A stretch of 64,000 bases of DNA from Eledone cirrhosa (GCA_964016885.1 OZ024741.1:284704001-284768000); one strand, 5' to 3'. Shown: positions 38,590-52,544, numbered from the stretch's first letter. The notes: generated by a model from the letters alone, not told the origin. Numbers and translations: made by a program.

Positions 38590-39220
38590 ACTAGCCGAAT
38601 TAGCCGCGCATTGCTGCGTTTCACACATTTTTTTTTGTAAGAAAATGATGATTGATTTTAAATCAGTGATATAATTTATGGAGAAAACTCTGCATTTCAA
38701 TATTACTCAATATAAAATGTAATGCATGACAAATTGGAAAACATTATTTTTTGTAATATATCAAATAAAAATTACATTATTAAATCTTATTCTTATTTTG
38801 TTTCTTGTAAATAAGTTTTTTTCAAAATATCAATTCAAAACTTGATTATTTTCAAATTAGAAATTCAAAGTTCCAATACTCAAGTTATGGGCTTCCAAAA
38901 TGTTCACTATAGGGGGTTTAACCTTCATTGGGGTGTCTTAATATTATTGAAATTTGCTGAAATTTTGTGAATAGGCATCATATCTTGTCATTTACCTATG
39001 GTTTAAATTTCATATAAATCGAAGGAAAAAAATTTCAGTGGGGGGTTTGTGCCCCCGGGGAACCCTTTGATTAGCCCCCATTAGGGTGTCTTAAAATTAT
39101 TGAAATTTGCTGAATTTTTGTAAATAGGCATCATATCTTGTCATTTACCTATCGTTTAAATTTCATATAAATCGAAGGGAAAAGAGTTCAGCGGGGGTTT
39201 GTTGCCTCGGGGAACTACAA
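38590..39220 (-). mobile_element. Helitron-like non-autonomous element with ~150-bp internal tandem duplication
   Basis: Minus-strand end cgca-gcaa-tgcg hairpin...ggCTAG|T at ~38590; duplicated unit ~38930-39060 / 39080-39215. Confidence 0.5.
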
Positions 39221-39236
39221 CTTTATATATACAGAT

Positions 39237-39322
<86 letters not shown>

Positions 39323-39412
39323 ACAAAGAAGGTGTGGTAACAAAACAAACAAACAAACAAACAAAACAAACAAACAAACACACCAACTACAACTTTATAT
39401 ATATATATATAT

Positions 39413-39605
39413 ATAGGAAAGGTATGACCCCAACGGCAGAGCTCAAGCCGTTTCGACGGCTATTTCTGGACTCAGAAATAGCCGTCAAAACGGCTTGAGC
39501 TCTGCCGTCGGGGTCATACCTTTTCCTATTAGCCACTCTACTAACCTAAGTATTGAGTACACTAGTGCGTTATGGTCCATCTGGTTCCTTACCACAATTC
39601 CTTCG

Positions 39606-39608
<3 letters not shown>
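39413..39608. mobile_element. (TA)n-flanked element with a near-perfect 56-bp hairpin (39413-39529)
   Basis: Arms 39413-39468 / 39473-39529 around a 4-nt loop; same family as 14670-14812. Confidence 0.85.
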
Positions 39609-39637
<29 letters not shown>

Positions 39638-39639
39638 TG

Positions 39640-39679
<40 letters not shown>

Positions 39680-39707
39680 TCTCGCATTAATTTCTCTATT
39701 TTCATTT

Positions 39708-39746
<39 letters not shown>

Positions 39747-39794
39747 AATTATATAAATTAACAAAGAAGCCTTTAATACATTAATAATCTTTAT

Positions 39795-39839
39795 TTGCTG
39801 ACAATGTTTCGTCCCAGTAATAAGGACTCATCAGAGCAA
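39795..39839 (-). ncRNA. Canonical minimal type I hammerhead ribozyme
   Basis: Minus: ttgct-CTGATGA-gtcc-ttattactg-ggac-GAAAC-att-GTC-agcaa; all core nucleotides and three helices present; lies just upstream of TA-rich repeats. Confidence 0.88.
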
Positions 39840-40689
39840 GAAAAAGACAAAAAATATCATCGGCTAGAACAAGCCAAAATTCAGAAGAATAGAGAAGGAT
39901 ATTTTAGAAAAATTATCATGGAAAGACGTGTTAAACCTAATAGGGTGCATTGGTATATAAAAACTATAGGGCAAGAGAGCAAGCAAACATTAAAATAGCC
40001 ACGTTAAAAGTACAATACAAGTCTAATACTCGAAATACAACATAGTAATATAATGCGGGAAATAAGATAGATAAATATTACAATATAATATACTATACAA
40101 TGCAATACAAATACAGAAATAAAATTTAATAAATATATATACACGCACTCACACACATAAATATACACACACATATACACATTTACACATCCACATATTA
40201 ACACAAATATATAAATATAAGCACTATAATAGAATAATCACCCTGACGGTGTGATTAAACAATACTAAAATCAATGAAAAAATTATTGTCATTAAAAGAA
40301 TATAAATACTTCGAACGTAACATGCAAAGTCAACAAAACGTGTATAAAAACATAATGTATTCCACTGGGTAAAAAATAATACCATAAAATAAAGTATGGT
40401 AAAAAAAAATATATATATAATAGACAATAAATAAATAATGAGATGTAACAGGTAAATATTTACCGATAAGTATCGATAAAATAAAATAAAATAAAAATAA
40501 AAATAAAAATAAATGAGCGCACAGCAAATATACGATAAGGTATATAGAGATATGGGCAATACAAATAAATACAGCAATATAATATTACATATTAGTATTT
40601 CAATACCAGACATAAAATTGCAAGGGAGAAAGATTTAAAACATATTTACCTAGTCGATGATGATATTAAGTAAATATGTTTTAAATCTT

Positions 40690-40870
40690 AATTTGAAAGC
40701 AGATCTTTGTATCTCTTATCCGTCTCGAATAGGAACCAGGTGGCATTGCTGTTTAAGAAAGGCCTGGATCTGAAGGTATGGACGATCTTCCTAGACCCGG
40801 ACGATAAGTTGGTGTTCTTGGACATGATCAATAGCGATGATAGTGCTTTTTGACTTGGTGAGTCAAGATA
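40690..40870 (+). mobile_element. Tx1-type APE fragment
   Basis: VALLFKKGLDLKVWTIFLDPDDKLVFLDMINSDDSAF is homologous to copy B APE (VAVMFRKNLDVEV...VLDVNSIGGGAFRL). Confidence 0.65.
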
Positions 40871-41429
40871 GTGGGGTTGGCAGTGGCGGTGATACATTTC
40901 GCCACCACTATGACTATCAACGCTTTTTCTAACTCAGGAAAGTATTTAAATGTGTTTGAAAGAAAAAGCAACGGCGAGCAGTTCCAGCTGAATCTTGTCG
41001 AGGAGGAATAGAATCTCCATACTATCTATATGCGCAACCAATCTCCGCTATCGATGTGGCGAGAAGGTTTCAGTAGAAGAGCACCCAGGAGTCATGACTT
41101 GGATGCTGTCCAACTCCCTTAGAGTGTAAGAAGTTAAAGACCAAAACACTTGCATTAGAGAGGATTCTTCTCTGAGATCCTTCTGGTAAACCTGCTGCCC
41201 CGAGAGATTCTTAATATTATATATAAACTGGCTCCCCCTCGGTTTCAACGATGAATGTTCCAGTTGATACGATCAATGGAACAGCCTGCTTGTGAATTCA
41301 AAGTGCATGCGACTGAGCAATGGTTTTCAGGGAGATTCAACGCGACACCGGAAATGAAATACATGTTTTTATGAGCTAACCACTAGGCCACGTGCCTTCA
41401 CACAACTACACACACATACACGTCATGAA

Positions 41430-42240
41430 CAGGATTGGCATTAGCAGCCGGGTTGGAAGTGGTATCACAACGGGCGGGTGTAAAATCAATAGGCTGGAAT
41501 TTGCAGATGACATGGTGTTACTTAACTCGACAGAAGGTCATCTCTGACTTGCATTTGTTAGGTCTGATGTCGAACTGTCAAAGCAGAGACACTCATCTTC
41601 CCAAGGAAGCCTGCGCAGTGCACTCTACATCTGAATGGACTTCCACTGAAGCAGGTAGAGAAGTTCAAGCATCTCGGGTCGTATTCATGAGTGATGGTAG
41701 GCAGGAGGCTGAATCAAATGCAAGAATTGCAAAAGCTGGTGCAGTTTTGCGCCAGTTTCAGCATTCAATAACCAGAAGAAGGGAGGTAGATGTAAAAGCC
41801 AAACTCGCTATCTTCAATTCGGTGTCCGTGCCATTTCTTACCTATAGTCATGAATCTTGGGTAATGACACAAAGAAACCGATCGCGAATGCAAACGGCTA
41901 GAATGTTGTTCCTCCTAGGGTTTTGGAGTAATGTTACTCAATAGAGTGCGTGGCTCGGAGATCAGAGAGTCACTCCAAATAGAGTCACTCCTTTTCCGAA
42001 TTGAGAGATCACAGCTCCGATACTATGGGCATGTGGATAGGATGTCTCAGAAAAGAATCGCTGGCAGGAGACCCAGGGGTAGACCCGAGCAAGATGGTTG
42101 GATAACATCCATGAACTTGGCTGGTCTTGCTTAGGGATCCAGCCGGATCAGTTAGAAACGGTTGCTTGTGACATGACCCGCTGGAAGGAATGTTTGATGT
42201 CTGCCCCCACGACCCTCTCAGGAATAAGTATGTGTAGAAG
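41430..42240 (+). mobile_element. RTE-clade LINE 3' fragment
   Basis: FADD (tttgcagatgac), LTYSHESWVM, RIERSQLRYYGHVDRM, RPRGRP; same family as 170-385. Confidence 0.85.
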
Positions 42241-43093
42241 AAAATGTATATGTGTATGCGTTTGTGTGTGTGGACGTATGTGTGCGCGAGTGCGTGTGTG
42301 TGTCCGTGTGTGTGTGTGTGTGTGTCTGTTAGTGTTTGAAAATGCCAAATTATTTGTACATATACACGTGTGTCTTTCTGTCTCTCCCTTTCTCACTCTT
42401 TCATTATGGAAATACACAGATTATTTGTACGAGGTTTTAAAGTTGCTTGGTTAAGATCACACATCTAAATTTACAAATTTATTTGAGGAAGCCATCCATG
42501 GTATTTTAGATGCCGCATTCACTTCCTGACATTCGCAGATAATGTAAATCTCTTAAGACATTGCATTGTTGTCTGCGTAGTTGTATTACTTATGTGTATG
42601 TGTGTCTGGGTGAATGTGTGTATGTGTTTTTATGTGTATGTTACATGTGCGTTGTTGTATGTGTTCGGTGTTGTATATGTTCGGCGTTGTATGTGTTTGT
42701 GTGCATAGAGTTATGTGTGCGTGTGTGTGTGTGTGCTTGTGTTTATGATACGCATATCAGTATATTGTGTCTGGTTGCGAGCTTTTGTATATTCGTGAGT
42801 GTGTGCTGTTTGTGTTTGTGATAGGGGTTTCTGTATATTGTGTGTCTGAAAATGTTTCTACAAGCGTATGTGGTATGTGCGAGTGTGTATGCATGTATAT
42901 GTGTATGAATGTCAGCGCTTTTATTCATGCATGTGTGTGTGTGTTTGTTAAATTTCTCTTCTAAAGTATGTAGGAATTCCTAGAATACAATTCCCTGCAG
43001 CCATTATTCTTTGATGTATTCTTGCATAGTATAGCATACTTTCGAAGTTTCTAATAATAAATATCATTTTCAAAATACATATCTTAACATAAC

Positions 43094-43124
<31 letters not shown>

Positions 43125-43137
43125 CATACATACATAC

Positions 43138-43747
43138 ATGGTGGCTGCCAACTCGTTTTCGAGTACGGCCACTACTTTATATCCATGTAGGAGAACCCCT
43201 ACCGATGCGCCGAACGAATGTGACTTTTTATTCCAGCCAGCAACTTGAAAACTCTGGTACAAACACTACACTTGTGACCATTATTGACACATAGTTCAGG
43301 GCCCATGGTACCATGTGACGACAAGTGCAGAGAGATCTCCATATATAAAGCAATGCCTGTGCCGTGAAGCTTTTATAGTGAGCAAAGGCACTGCACAAAG
43401 CCAGTCCCACTCTCTTAACCAAGATGATATTTACCAAAAAGAAGAACAAGTCAACATCATTGGATACCATCAAGGTTGCAGGTGTTACATCAGAGTTTTC
43501 CTTCTCCTAGAATTCTGCCTTGACAAAGGCTAAGGGGTCATCTTTCCCAGTGACTTTGGATGGCCATTGACTCTTAAGAGCTCCTTTGCCCTTTGACAGG
43601 TTTTGTTTTTAGTCCTGCAGGATGTCCAAAGTCACCCTCCTCACCAAGAAACCTTGGTGGGGTTGCCAGTTTAGTCGCCAACGACCCGACCATGAGACAG
43701 GTTGTACTGGGATACATGTTACTAGTAGCACCAACTGGTGACCTGAC
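43138..43747 (-). mobile_element. RTE-derived SINE, apparently full-length (~610 bp), within (ATGT)n
   Basis: RTE-like 5' region plus the RTE tail; (TACA)n on both sides; second copy at 3849-4307; older relative at ~43812-44128. Confidence 0.85.
43666..43747 (-). ncRNA. Candidate HDV-like ribozyme at the SINE 5' end
   Basis: P1 gtcaggt/acctgtc, P2 ccagt/actgg, P3 tgt(a)/(t)aca with tccc loop, GG before P4 tcg-ttgg-cga, J4/2 CTAA; two atypical insertions. Confidence 0.5.
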
Positions 43748-46700
43748 ATACATACATACATACATACATACATACATACATACATACATACATACATACA
43801 TACATACATACATGATGGCTGCAAACTTTGCTAAGAGTATTTCAATCGTTTGTCAGATTACAGAAAATGGTGCACTTTTAGGCTACGGCCAGTCATACAA
43901 ACTTGTAACATAACCTGGAAGAGCAATGCCTGTACTTTGAAGGTTTTTTTAAGTGGGGTAAAGCCTGGCACTCGACTAATCCCACTCTCTGAGCATAAAA
44001 AAAACTATCCAAAAAGGAGAACTGGTCAACATCATCGGATGCTTCCGAAGCCGCAGGTTTTTATTTTATCAGAGTTTAGAGTTTGTCAGTCTTAGAAAGG
44101 TGTCATGACAACAACTGGGGTCATTTCACATATATACATACATGTACGCATGCATACATACATATACGCATGCATACATACATTCATTCACACATACATA
44201 TATATATGCATTCATATACATACATATATACACATACACATACATTCATACATATATAGACACATACATTCAAACTTGCATATATTCAAACATTTATACA
44301 TACATACATTCATACACACGCTCGTACATACATTCATACATGCTTACATACACCATACAAACATACATACATAATTGTTTCTACGTTAGGCACAAGGCCA
44401 GCAATTACCCAGTGTATTACTGGTACTTTATTTTATCGACCCCGTAAGGATGAAAGACAAAGTTACAAGAATATATTTGGTATAAAAAATAGCTTTGACC
44501 TGATTACAATATTCTCAAATGGAATTTGGCTGAGATATATGTCCCGATATGATAAAAAAACAAAAAACACGAAAGAATCACAAGCCAGTCTATGAATGTT
44601 CTAGCTGTTTGCTCCACGAGCGAGTTTCTTCACCAAGCAAAGAAACCTGCCCATGAAACAAATCTGTCTATATAAGGCAGATATCATCATAAAAGTTGAA
44701 AAGGACTTTCTTAAAAAGCACCCTCAAAAGGATGACCAAAACTACAAACCTAGGAAAGTTGCACAGCATTACCACATCGAATCAGTGGATGTAGAAGGCC
44801 AGCTAAAACTGTACAGGTGAGAGTTGTAAGTTTCATTTCATGTAAAAGGTATAGGCCCAAATGCTGAAAGTGTGGCGCATTCTTTTAATAATTAATCTCA
44901 TTAAAATATGATAAAGAGTATCAGTAGAGGGTGTGATGTTGTAGGATAGATTCAGAAAGGTTATAGAAAAGCATAAACAAGGCCGCTCTAGTATTATTGA
45001 TTTTAAGGACGTCAACTTTCATTGGGATTTCATCTTTTATTGTGAGCATATTGTGAATATAGAAGCGAGGCAGGATTATTCTAATTCATCAAAACCAAAA
45101 TTTTCGAAGCGATTAGAATCACGAGGAAGGAACCAAAAAAATTTAAAGAAATGTATCTAAATATAAAGCCGCAACACGTGGAATAGTAATGATAGGTTAT
45201 ATAAGATAACTAGCAGTGGTTAGTTATGATCTGAATTTAAGACAAATACCTCGTAAACATTACTTTGTTAATAACATCTAATTTATTAATAAAAGTATTA
45301 GAAAGGCACAAGTGCAGAATGCAATAGGGTAAAGAGACAGTTCTAAAGATTATGCAGAACAGTAAAAGAAATGCAGTGAGGATGGTGAAGGGAAAACGTA
45401 GTGAAAACTTTAACACGATTCAGATTCTTTCCGATACAAAAGAAATTATGATGTTGCTACAGCTAAATTAGACACGAGTTAATGTATAAATGGAATTACA
45501 TCCGTAGTTTCTCACTTAAATTCTTTTGTCTTATCTTTTCTATATGAGAATTATATTGAAGCAAAACTACACATCTGTTGGTAAGTGATATATTCGATTT
45601 AATCTAGTCCGCAACATGAATAGTACTTTTGGTATTGATCCAGGTAAGATGAGAAGTAAAGTCGGCCTCTCTGGGATTATTACTCATAGAACAAGGAGAA
45701 ATAAATAAATACTGCATTGTGAGCGATTCTGACATCTACTATACCTCCCTAATATCATAATAATGCTTTCTGATTTAGTCCCAAAGCTAACAATTTTTGT
45801 GGAAGGGAAAGACGATTAAATCGACTCAGTGCGTTCCTGGCACTTTATTTTATCGACTCGGTAATGATGAAAGGCAAAGTTAACTTCGGTGGGATTTGAA
45901 CTCAGAATGAAAAGAACCAGAACAAATACCACTGTGCCATTATATCCGACCCTCTACCGATTTTGCCAATTAACCACCCTTGACCAATTTGGGTTACCAG
46001 TACTTAACTTGTACTTTAATTTATCGGCTGCAAGAGGACGAAAAGACACACATCGGTGTGGTGCGAACTCAGAACTGTAAGATATGAAACATATGCCGCA
46101 AGATATTTAACTATTATTCTTAACATAGGTCCAAGGTCAACAATTTAAAGGGAGGGAACAATTGATTATTTCGACAGTAGTCCTTGACTAGTACCTAATT
46201 TTATCGACTTAGGAGTTATCAATGATGAAGTCAACATCAGTGGGATTTACCTCAACAGACATCTGCTTCTAAAGTCTCATGATGTAATAAGAATTGTTTA
46301 GCTCCAAACTAACCTGAAGCGAAACAACGACAGCAGCAACAAGAAAACGATTCATACTTACATTTAATTATTGTTACTTAACTGTTTTTATTCTTATTTT
46401 AATGGGTTTAATGAATGTTTAGTGAGTATTGGCAGGAATAGCCCACTTAAATAATCTATATTTACTTTTTATTGGTATTTTCTCAAATTAAGTTTGGCTA
46501 TGATTGATTCAAATATGAGTGTCTTTACTGCAGCCTCGGGTCGATGGATATATGGTCAGTGAAATTAAGTAAACGGAAGCTGTGTGGAAGCTCGTCGAAT
46601 GAACTTTGTCTGTAATTCAAAGGTCTAGCCTTTTCACTTATCATGCTATATTGAATTATTCCATAACAATTAAGTTAGGGTGCACGTATTTATGAAATGC

Positions 46701-47527
46701 TTACGCGTTAATTAAACGACCAGGCTGTTCCAGTGATCGAACAATGCGAACAATCATCATCGAAACCGATGAAAGCCTATTTCGTTCAAAATCTACTGTG
46801 ATAATGTTATTGAAACAGTGGCGTATTAAAAGGATATGCGTGTTGTTAAATCAAAACGCCTACTTGCTTTTGGTTACATTCCGTTCAGCGTGAATTCGAA
46901 TTGTACTGCTTTTGGTATAATAAATAGCAGTTATTGGGTAGCCCGAAGTCAAACTTTATCGGGAGTACCTATGATCAAAGGAGTGAGCATGTCTAGATTA
47001 GTTAATGCATATATTTTTAATGACGGAGTGAGGTATTATGAGAAGTATTTAGCTACTATTTTTAGCAGTCAAGTGACCCTGTAGAGATACCTTCGGAGTT
47101 TCATATTAGTAAAAGTCATGCACTGTGTTGGAGTTTCTTAGTTATGGAATGGAGCTCGATCGTTTTCGATGATGAGTGTTCCAGTTGTTCGATTAACGGA
47201 AGAGCCTGCTCCGGAAATTAACACGGAAGTGGCTGAGCATTCCACAAACATATGTATCTTTGACGTAATTCTCAGGGAGATTTACTGTGACACAACGAGT
47301 GACACAGCTGGTTTTCTTAATTACTGATGAAGTCGATCCGACGGGCTTCCAAACAGTTTCCGTTTACCTAAGTTTCACTCACAAGGTTTGGCTCAAGCCA
47401 AGGCTATGACAAATAACATTTTCACAAGATGACAAGCATTTGGATCGAATCAGAGACCAAATAATTGCAAAGCGAACTATTTAGTAATATTGCGTCCAAT
47501 AATCGATTATAATCCATACTTAAAATG

Positions 47528-47707
47528 CAGACCTTCCAACATCTAAAAACCATGAAAAAAAGGGCCCCAAAATGGGGAGAAATGAGGCAAAATGGGGAGA
47601 TTTTACATAATGAAAGCTCTACACATTTTCACAAGAGAAGACATCTATTACCCATCCCAAAGCGGGTAGGAGATCTCCTCGTCCGACGGGGAGAGTTAAC
47701 AGGTCTG
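47528..47707. mobile_element. 180-bp MITE, hAT-like ends, apparent 6-bp TSD
   Basis: Ends cagaccttccaac / gttaacaggtctg; aaaatg on both sides; repeated gggaga subterminal motifs. Confidence 0.6.
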
Positions 47708-50371
47708 AAAATGTGTCGGCTTGTTAGAAATAATTATTGTTTTTGAGAGGTGGATTGGTAGTACCGGTAGAGCCTCGGACAAAATGCAGCGTTTAGTTAC
47801 GGCTCTTTGTATTCTATGTTCAACTCAAGCCGAAGTCAACCTTGCCATTCATCATTGATGAGTCAGTAAAATAGAATAGCAGTCACTTACTGGGTTTCAT
47901 ATAATCGACTTTCCCCCTCGCAACAAATTCTTGGCCTTGTGTCTAAATTAGAAATGTTTATCGCATTTACATGATAAAGCCCTTAAACTACCACTGTATA
48001 GAGATAATACTGAATGAGTAACGTATTTATTTGATACGTATTTGTGGTGAAATAGCTCAGGGTGAATATTTAATGATGTGATACTGTACTACAATTGATT
48101 TTAATTTGGGATTTATGTACAAATGTAGGATTTTGAAAGAGAGTGAAAGTAATATGAAGAAAGTACCTTTAATATAATTGACATTAAAGACATCCAAATT
48201 AGTTGAGATTCAATATCAGCTGGGCCATATGGCGAATATGAATACGACTTATTATTGTTGAAGAAAACAAAATGAGATTTATGGAATTATCATTATTGAA
48301 ATACCCGAGGGGACTAAAATCATGATTAAACAACAAGAAAAATCAGAAATATCCCCGAAAATAAAAATGTAACATATCTAATGATGCATGTATCAACCCA
48401 TAACTCCTGCTGGGATCGTAGAAGTGTCGTAGAGACTTACAGCATTACGTGGGTACTTTAAACCTGGCGGAATCCATCCCCTCCATAGGTCTGAACACTA
48501 CCAATTTATTCCAGAAAAGAGAAAAAGAAAGGAAGAAAGAGGAAGAATTGACCGAGTGCAAGATTTATCGATCTCGAAATAATGAAAGGTAAAGTTAATC
48601 CGACGGGATTTGAACTCAGAAAGCGCAGAGATCCGGAACGAATATCATAGAGCATTCTATCCGAAGTTTTAACGACCCTGTCAATTTTCCACCTACACTT
48701 AATGGTAAAACCTATAAAATAACTAGGAATGGTTAGTTGAGAGCTAAACAGAAGACATAGTTTCGTCTAAAAAAACACTCTCTTGGGGCTAGTGATTTTA
48801 AGTGTCTTAAGAAGTTATGTGTACAGTACTTGATTAGTATGTTATTTAATCTACCTCGGAAGGATGAAAGACAAAGTTGATGTCGGTGGGATTTGAAATC
48901 AGAACGTAAAGGATCTTAACGAAATACAGCAATTAATTTCGCAATACAAACACTTACATGTGTGCGCGTACTGGTTTACTTGCCCTTTAATCAGTTAATG
49001 ATTTACTTTTGAGGAATCACTGACATTAGGATTATAATTACCCAACTTTCGTAATCTTATACTATTAATACTTTATAACATTTATATTTCTTCTTGATAT
49101 ATTTTTTCCTAATTTATTTTTTGTGATTCAGTGTTTTTAATTTATTTATGGTAATATTCACCCTCAATTTTTATAATTTTCATAACTTTTAAAATAATAT
49201 TTTATAATCTTTTATACTTCTATAAAACTTTTCAACTTTATTTCTTTTCAACGTCACACTACACTGGTTTTCGGCTAGGGTCTGCTGACACAAAGTTTAG
49301 TACCTCTAACCTTTCGTGACAGCAGATTGTTGGTTTTGATTAATGGCGTGGAAGTATCTGAGGATAGCAGGATTTCTGTCACCACCAAACAACGCCCGCC
49401 TCCTTGGTCGCATCTACCAACCCACAATACTTAGCATTGCTGAGTGTATGCCATTCGGAGATGGTTCACCATAACAATAGCACAGAATTGGTGGGCCATC
49501 TCCGAATCAAGACAATTCTCTATTCTCTGTTTGTGTTTGCCCTAATCCTTTTATCGATTAACTAACTTTGCATTCTCCACCTCATGACGTCGCCTAAGTT
49601 TTGCGTCATGATCGAATGATCGAATGACTATTGAAATACGTATTGTGCTTTTACAACCTTAAAAAAAATATTTCGAGTCCGGCCTTCTGTTGTTTTTAAA
49701 TAAGTATTTAACTCCGTTCCTGTACCTGCCATGAGATACGATTTGCATAAATGTGTGTGTGTGTGTTTGTGTGCACATGTCTTTATGCATGAATATTTAT
49801 ATGGACGGGTGTGCTAGTGTGTGTATTTGTGTACGCGTTTACGTTTATTTTTTTTTATGGCATGTAACTTAGTAGTTTGACAAAAGAGACCAATAAAATA
49901 AGAAGCAGTCTTGTAAAGAACTCAGTACTGATTAAAACCCCTCAAGGTGGTGTCCGCCCACGGCCACGCTATAATGATTGAAACCAGTAAAAGAATAAAA
50001 ATATGTATTGTTCATTTTTGCATCCTACATGTTCCATTTACAGATTGTGGAGATGCTTTTACACTGTATATTTGCTTTCTTTTTGTCTCTTCACCAAAAT
50101 ATTTTTTTCATTTTGCAATTTAATCAAAACCTATCTATAAATTTGATCATTGAAGATAACTGCAACCTTATTCCATCTCTCAGAAGTCAACATTCTTGGA
50201 ATGAAGAAGGAAGGTGCAGGAAAACCAATCTGAAATCAAATATTTAGATAAATGTTTAAAATTCTTCTACCTATAGTCACTAATCATGATGATGATAATG
50301 ATGATGATGGTGTGGCGGTTGTGCTATAAGTGATGATGACGACAACGACGACGTAGAAGAAGAAGAAGAAG

Positions 50372-50404
<33 letters not shown>

Positions 50405-50992
50405 AAGAAGAAGAAGACTAGGTATCTTAAGCATCAAAAGGATGGTAAATAAATCGGTTACAAAATGACAAGAAGTGACTCATAATAAAAGAAATACATT
50501 TTCCCCGTAACTACTAATATAATTAACGCCATTGAAATCTCAATCAACAAATAAGGAAAGATAAGCTAGAAACATATTGTTTTTGTGTTGTTTGTTACAC
50601 ACGTTTTCTTTAATCAGCTATGCGAACGTTAATGTACATATGCGCCCTGACAATCATACATAGTTTATATAGGGAAGTGATACACTCATAACCACTGAAA
50701 TATTTACATTGTTTATATTGCTGAGACGAAGAGTTAGGTGGTGTAGTGGAAAGGTTACAGCAATTAGGATGGTGATGGATAAGAGATGCACATGTCATTA
50801 AGAGCAACTTTATTGGAATGTAACTGCTGATAGAGTTGTAAGTAGGCTCATTGCAAGCAAGGATAACATGGTGATAAATTATATGAAATTATATATATAT
50901 ATATATATATACGTGGAAAAGTAAGAAATCGGAGAACAGACCGTTAATACATGTTTATTTAAAACAGCAGTATATATATATATATATATACA

Positions 50993-51120
<128 letters not shown>

Positions 51121-51130
51121 CCTATATATA

Positions 51131-51205
<75 letters not shown>

Positions 51206-51820
51206 TATATACATACATATATTCACACACACACGCACACACTCACACACATATAAAGTAAGTAGGATCGACGTCACTGTTGCGGCATATATCTAAACTT
51301 TATTGCCATATTTCAATAGTTTCAATATTGATCAGCTCTGGGTGGAATCATAATGACTGGGGCCTGATTCTTCTTCGACAACTCCTCAGATATGCGAATT
51401 TGTGGGTGCAAAGACACATTGAAGCCGTTAACTGTTAACTATCATATTTACATATGAAATATGAACAGTGAAAATAACTCACCTGTATCTGGACGTGTAA
51501 AAATCAGCTGCAATAATGGAATTAGCTAACTCCCCACAGAAGCTACCAAACTAAACAACGGCACATATATCCTAAATGCAAGCTTGATAAACAAACGAAT
51601 TAATCTTACTCAATCTGCTTACATCTCTTTACCACCTCAAACACCCACTCGAAAATAGAATCCAATCGATATACATGTATGTAGACAGCATAATAAGTGC
51701 ACTTTAATGGGAAATTGTATGTTTAAAAATATCGTACACCAGTATGATATTAAAACGAATTTGAGAACGTATAAATGGGTATAAGCCACCTCTAACTTAA
51801 AAAAAACGAAAGTATATATA

Positions 51821-51920
51821 CAGGGTGTCCCCCAAAAATGTATACGCACTTTGATTACCTGTTCAGGCAATATTTATTAGAATGCTGTTGAAGTCTGTAT
51901 ACATTTTTTGAGACACCTCG
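51821..51920. mobile_element. 100-bp Tc1/mariner-type MITE
   Basis: TA-cagggtgtcccccaaaaatgtatac ... gtatacattttttgagacacctcg-TA. Confidence 0.7.
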
Positions 51921-52421
51921 TATATACCCACTCGTTTAAAAATCCGGATCTACGGAAATCAATAGTGCTTGCGAAGAAAATCTAGGATTTGATTAAAAAT
52001 AATGTAGGTATGAATTATCATGGCGATTTTACGATACGTCCGGCCGTATCATAGCGAAAGGCAGAATTGCAAAATTTGCTTTCGGAGGTATTGGAAATTA
52101 TGACTGGAAAAGATCTGTTAAACGCAAGACATGACAGGATTTGTAATTGTTAACGTAGAACTCTTTTCAAAATACTATGCACACTAACACACTCCTCTAT
52201 ATTCTCCTACTCACAACTAACATATATATCAATTTTACTTCCTTTACCCTTTAGATAATTGACGTAACGATGTATTACCTTAAATATGTACGCTCTGCAC
52301 AAACTTTAAATTCTACATCGTATACGCCACCAACTATCATATCTATATTAGATTCAATCCCACATCTCTGCGTCTATTTTTACAATATTTCCAGCATCCA
52401 TATAGATGCACACTAATTAGC

Positions 52422-52505
<84 letters not shown>

Positions 52506-52544
52506 ATATTAAATAAATGGAAACTATATTTATAAAACCATATT

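Noticed and set aside
50008-50247. 79-aa ORF with a tttacag acceptor-like site
   Set aside because: Low-complexity hydrophobic translation, no convincing donor, no recognisable homology.
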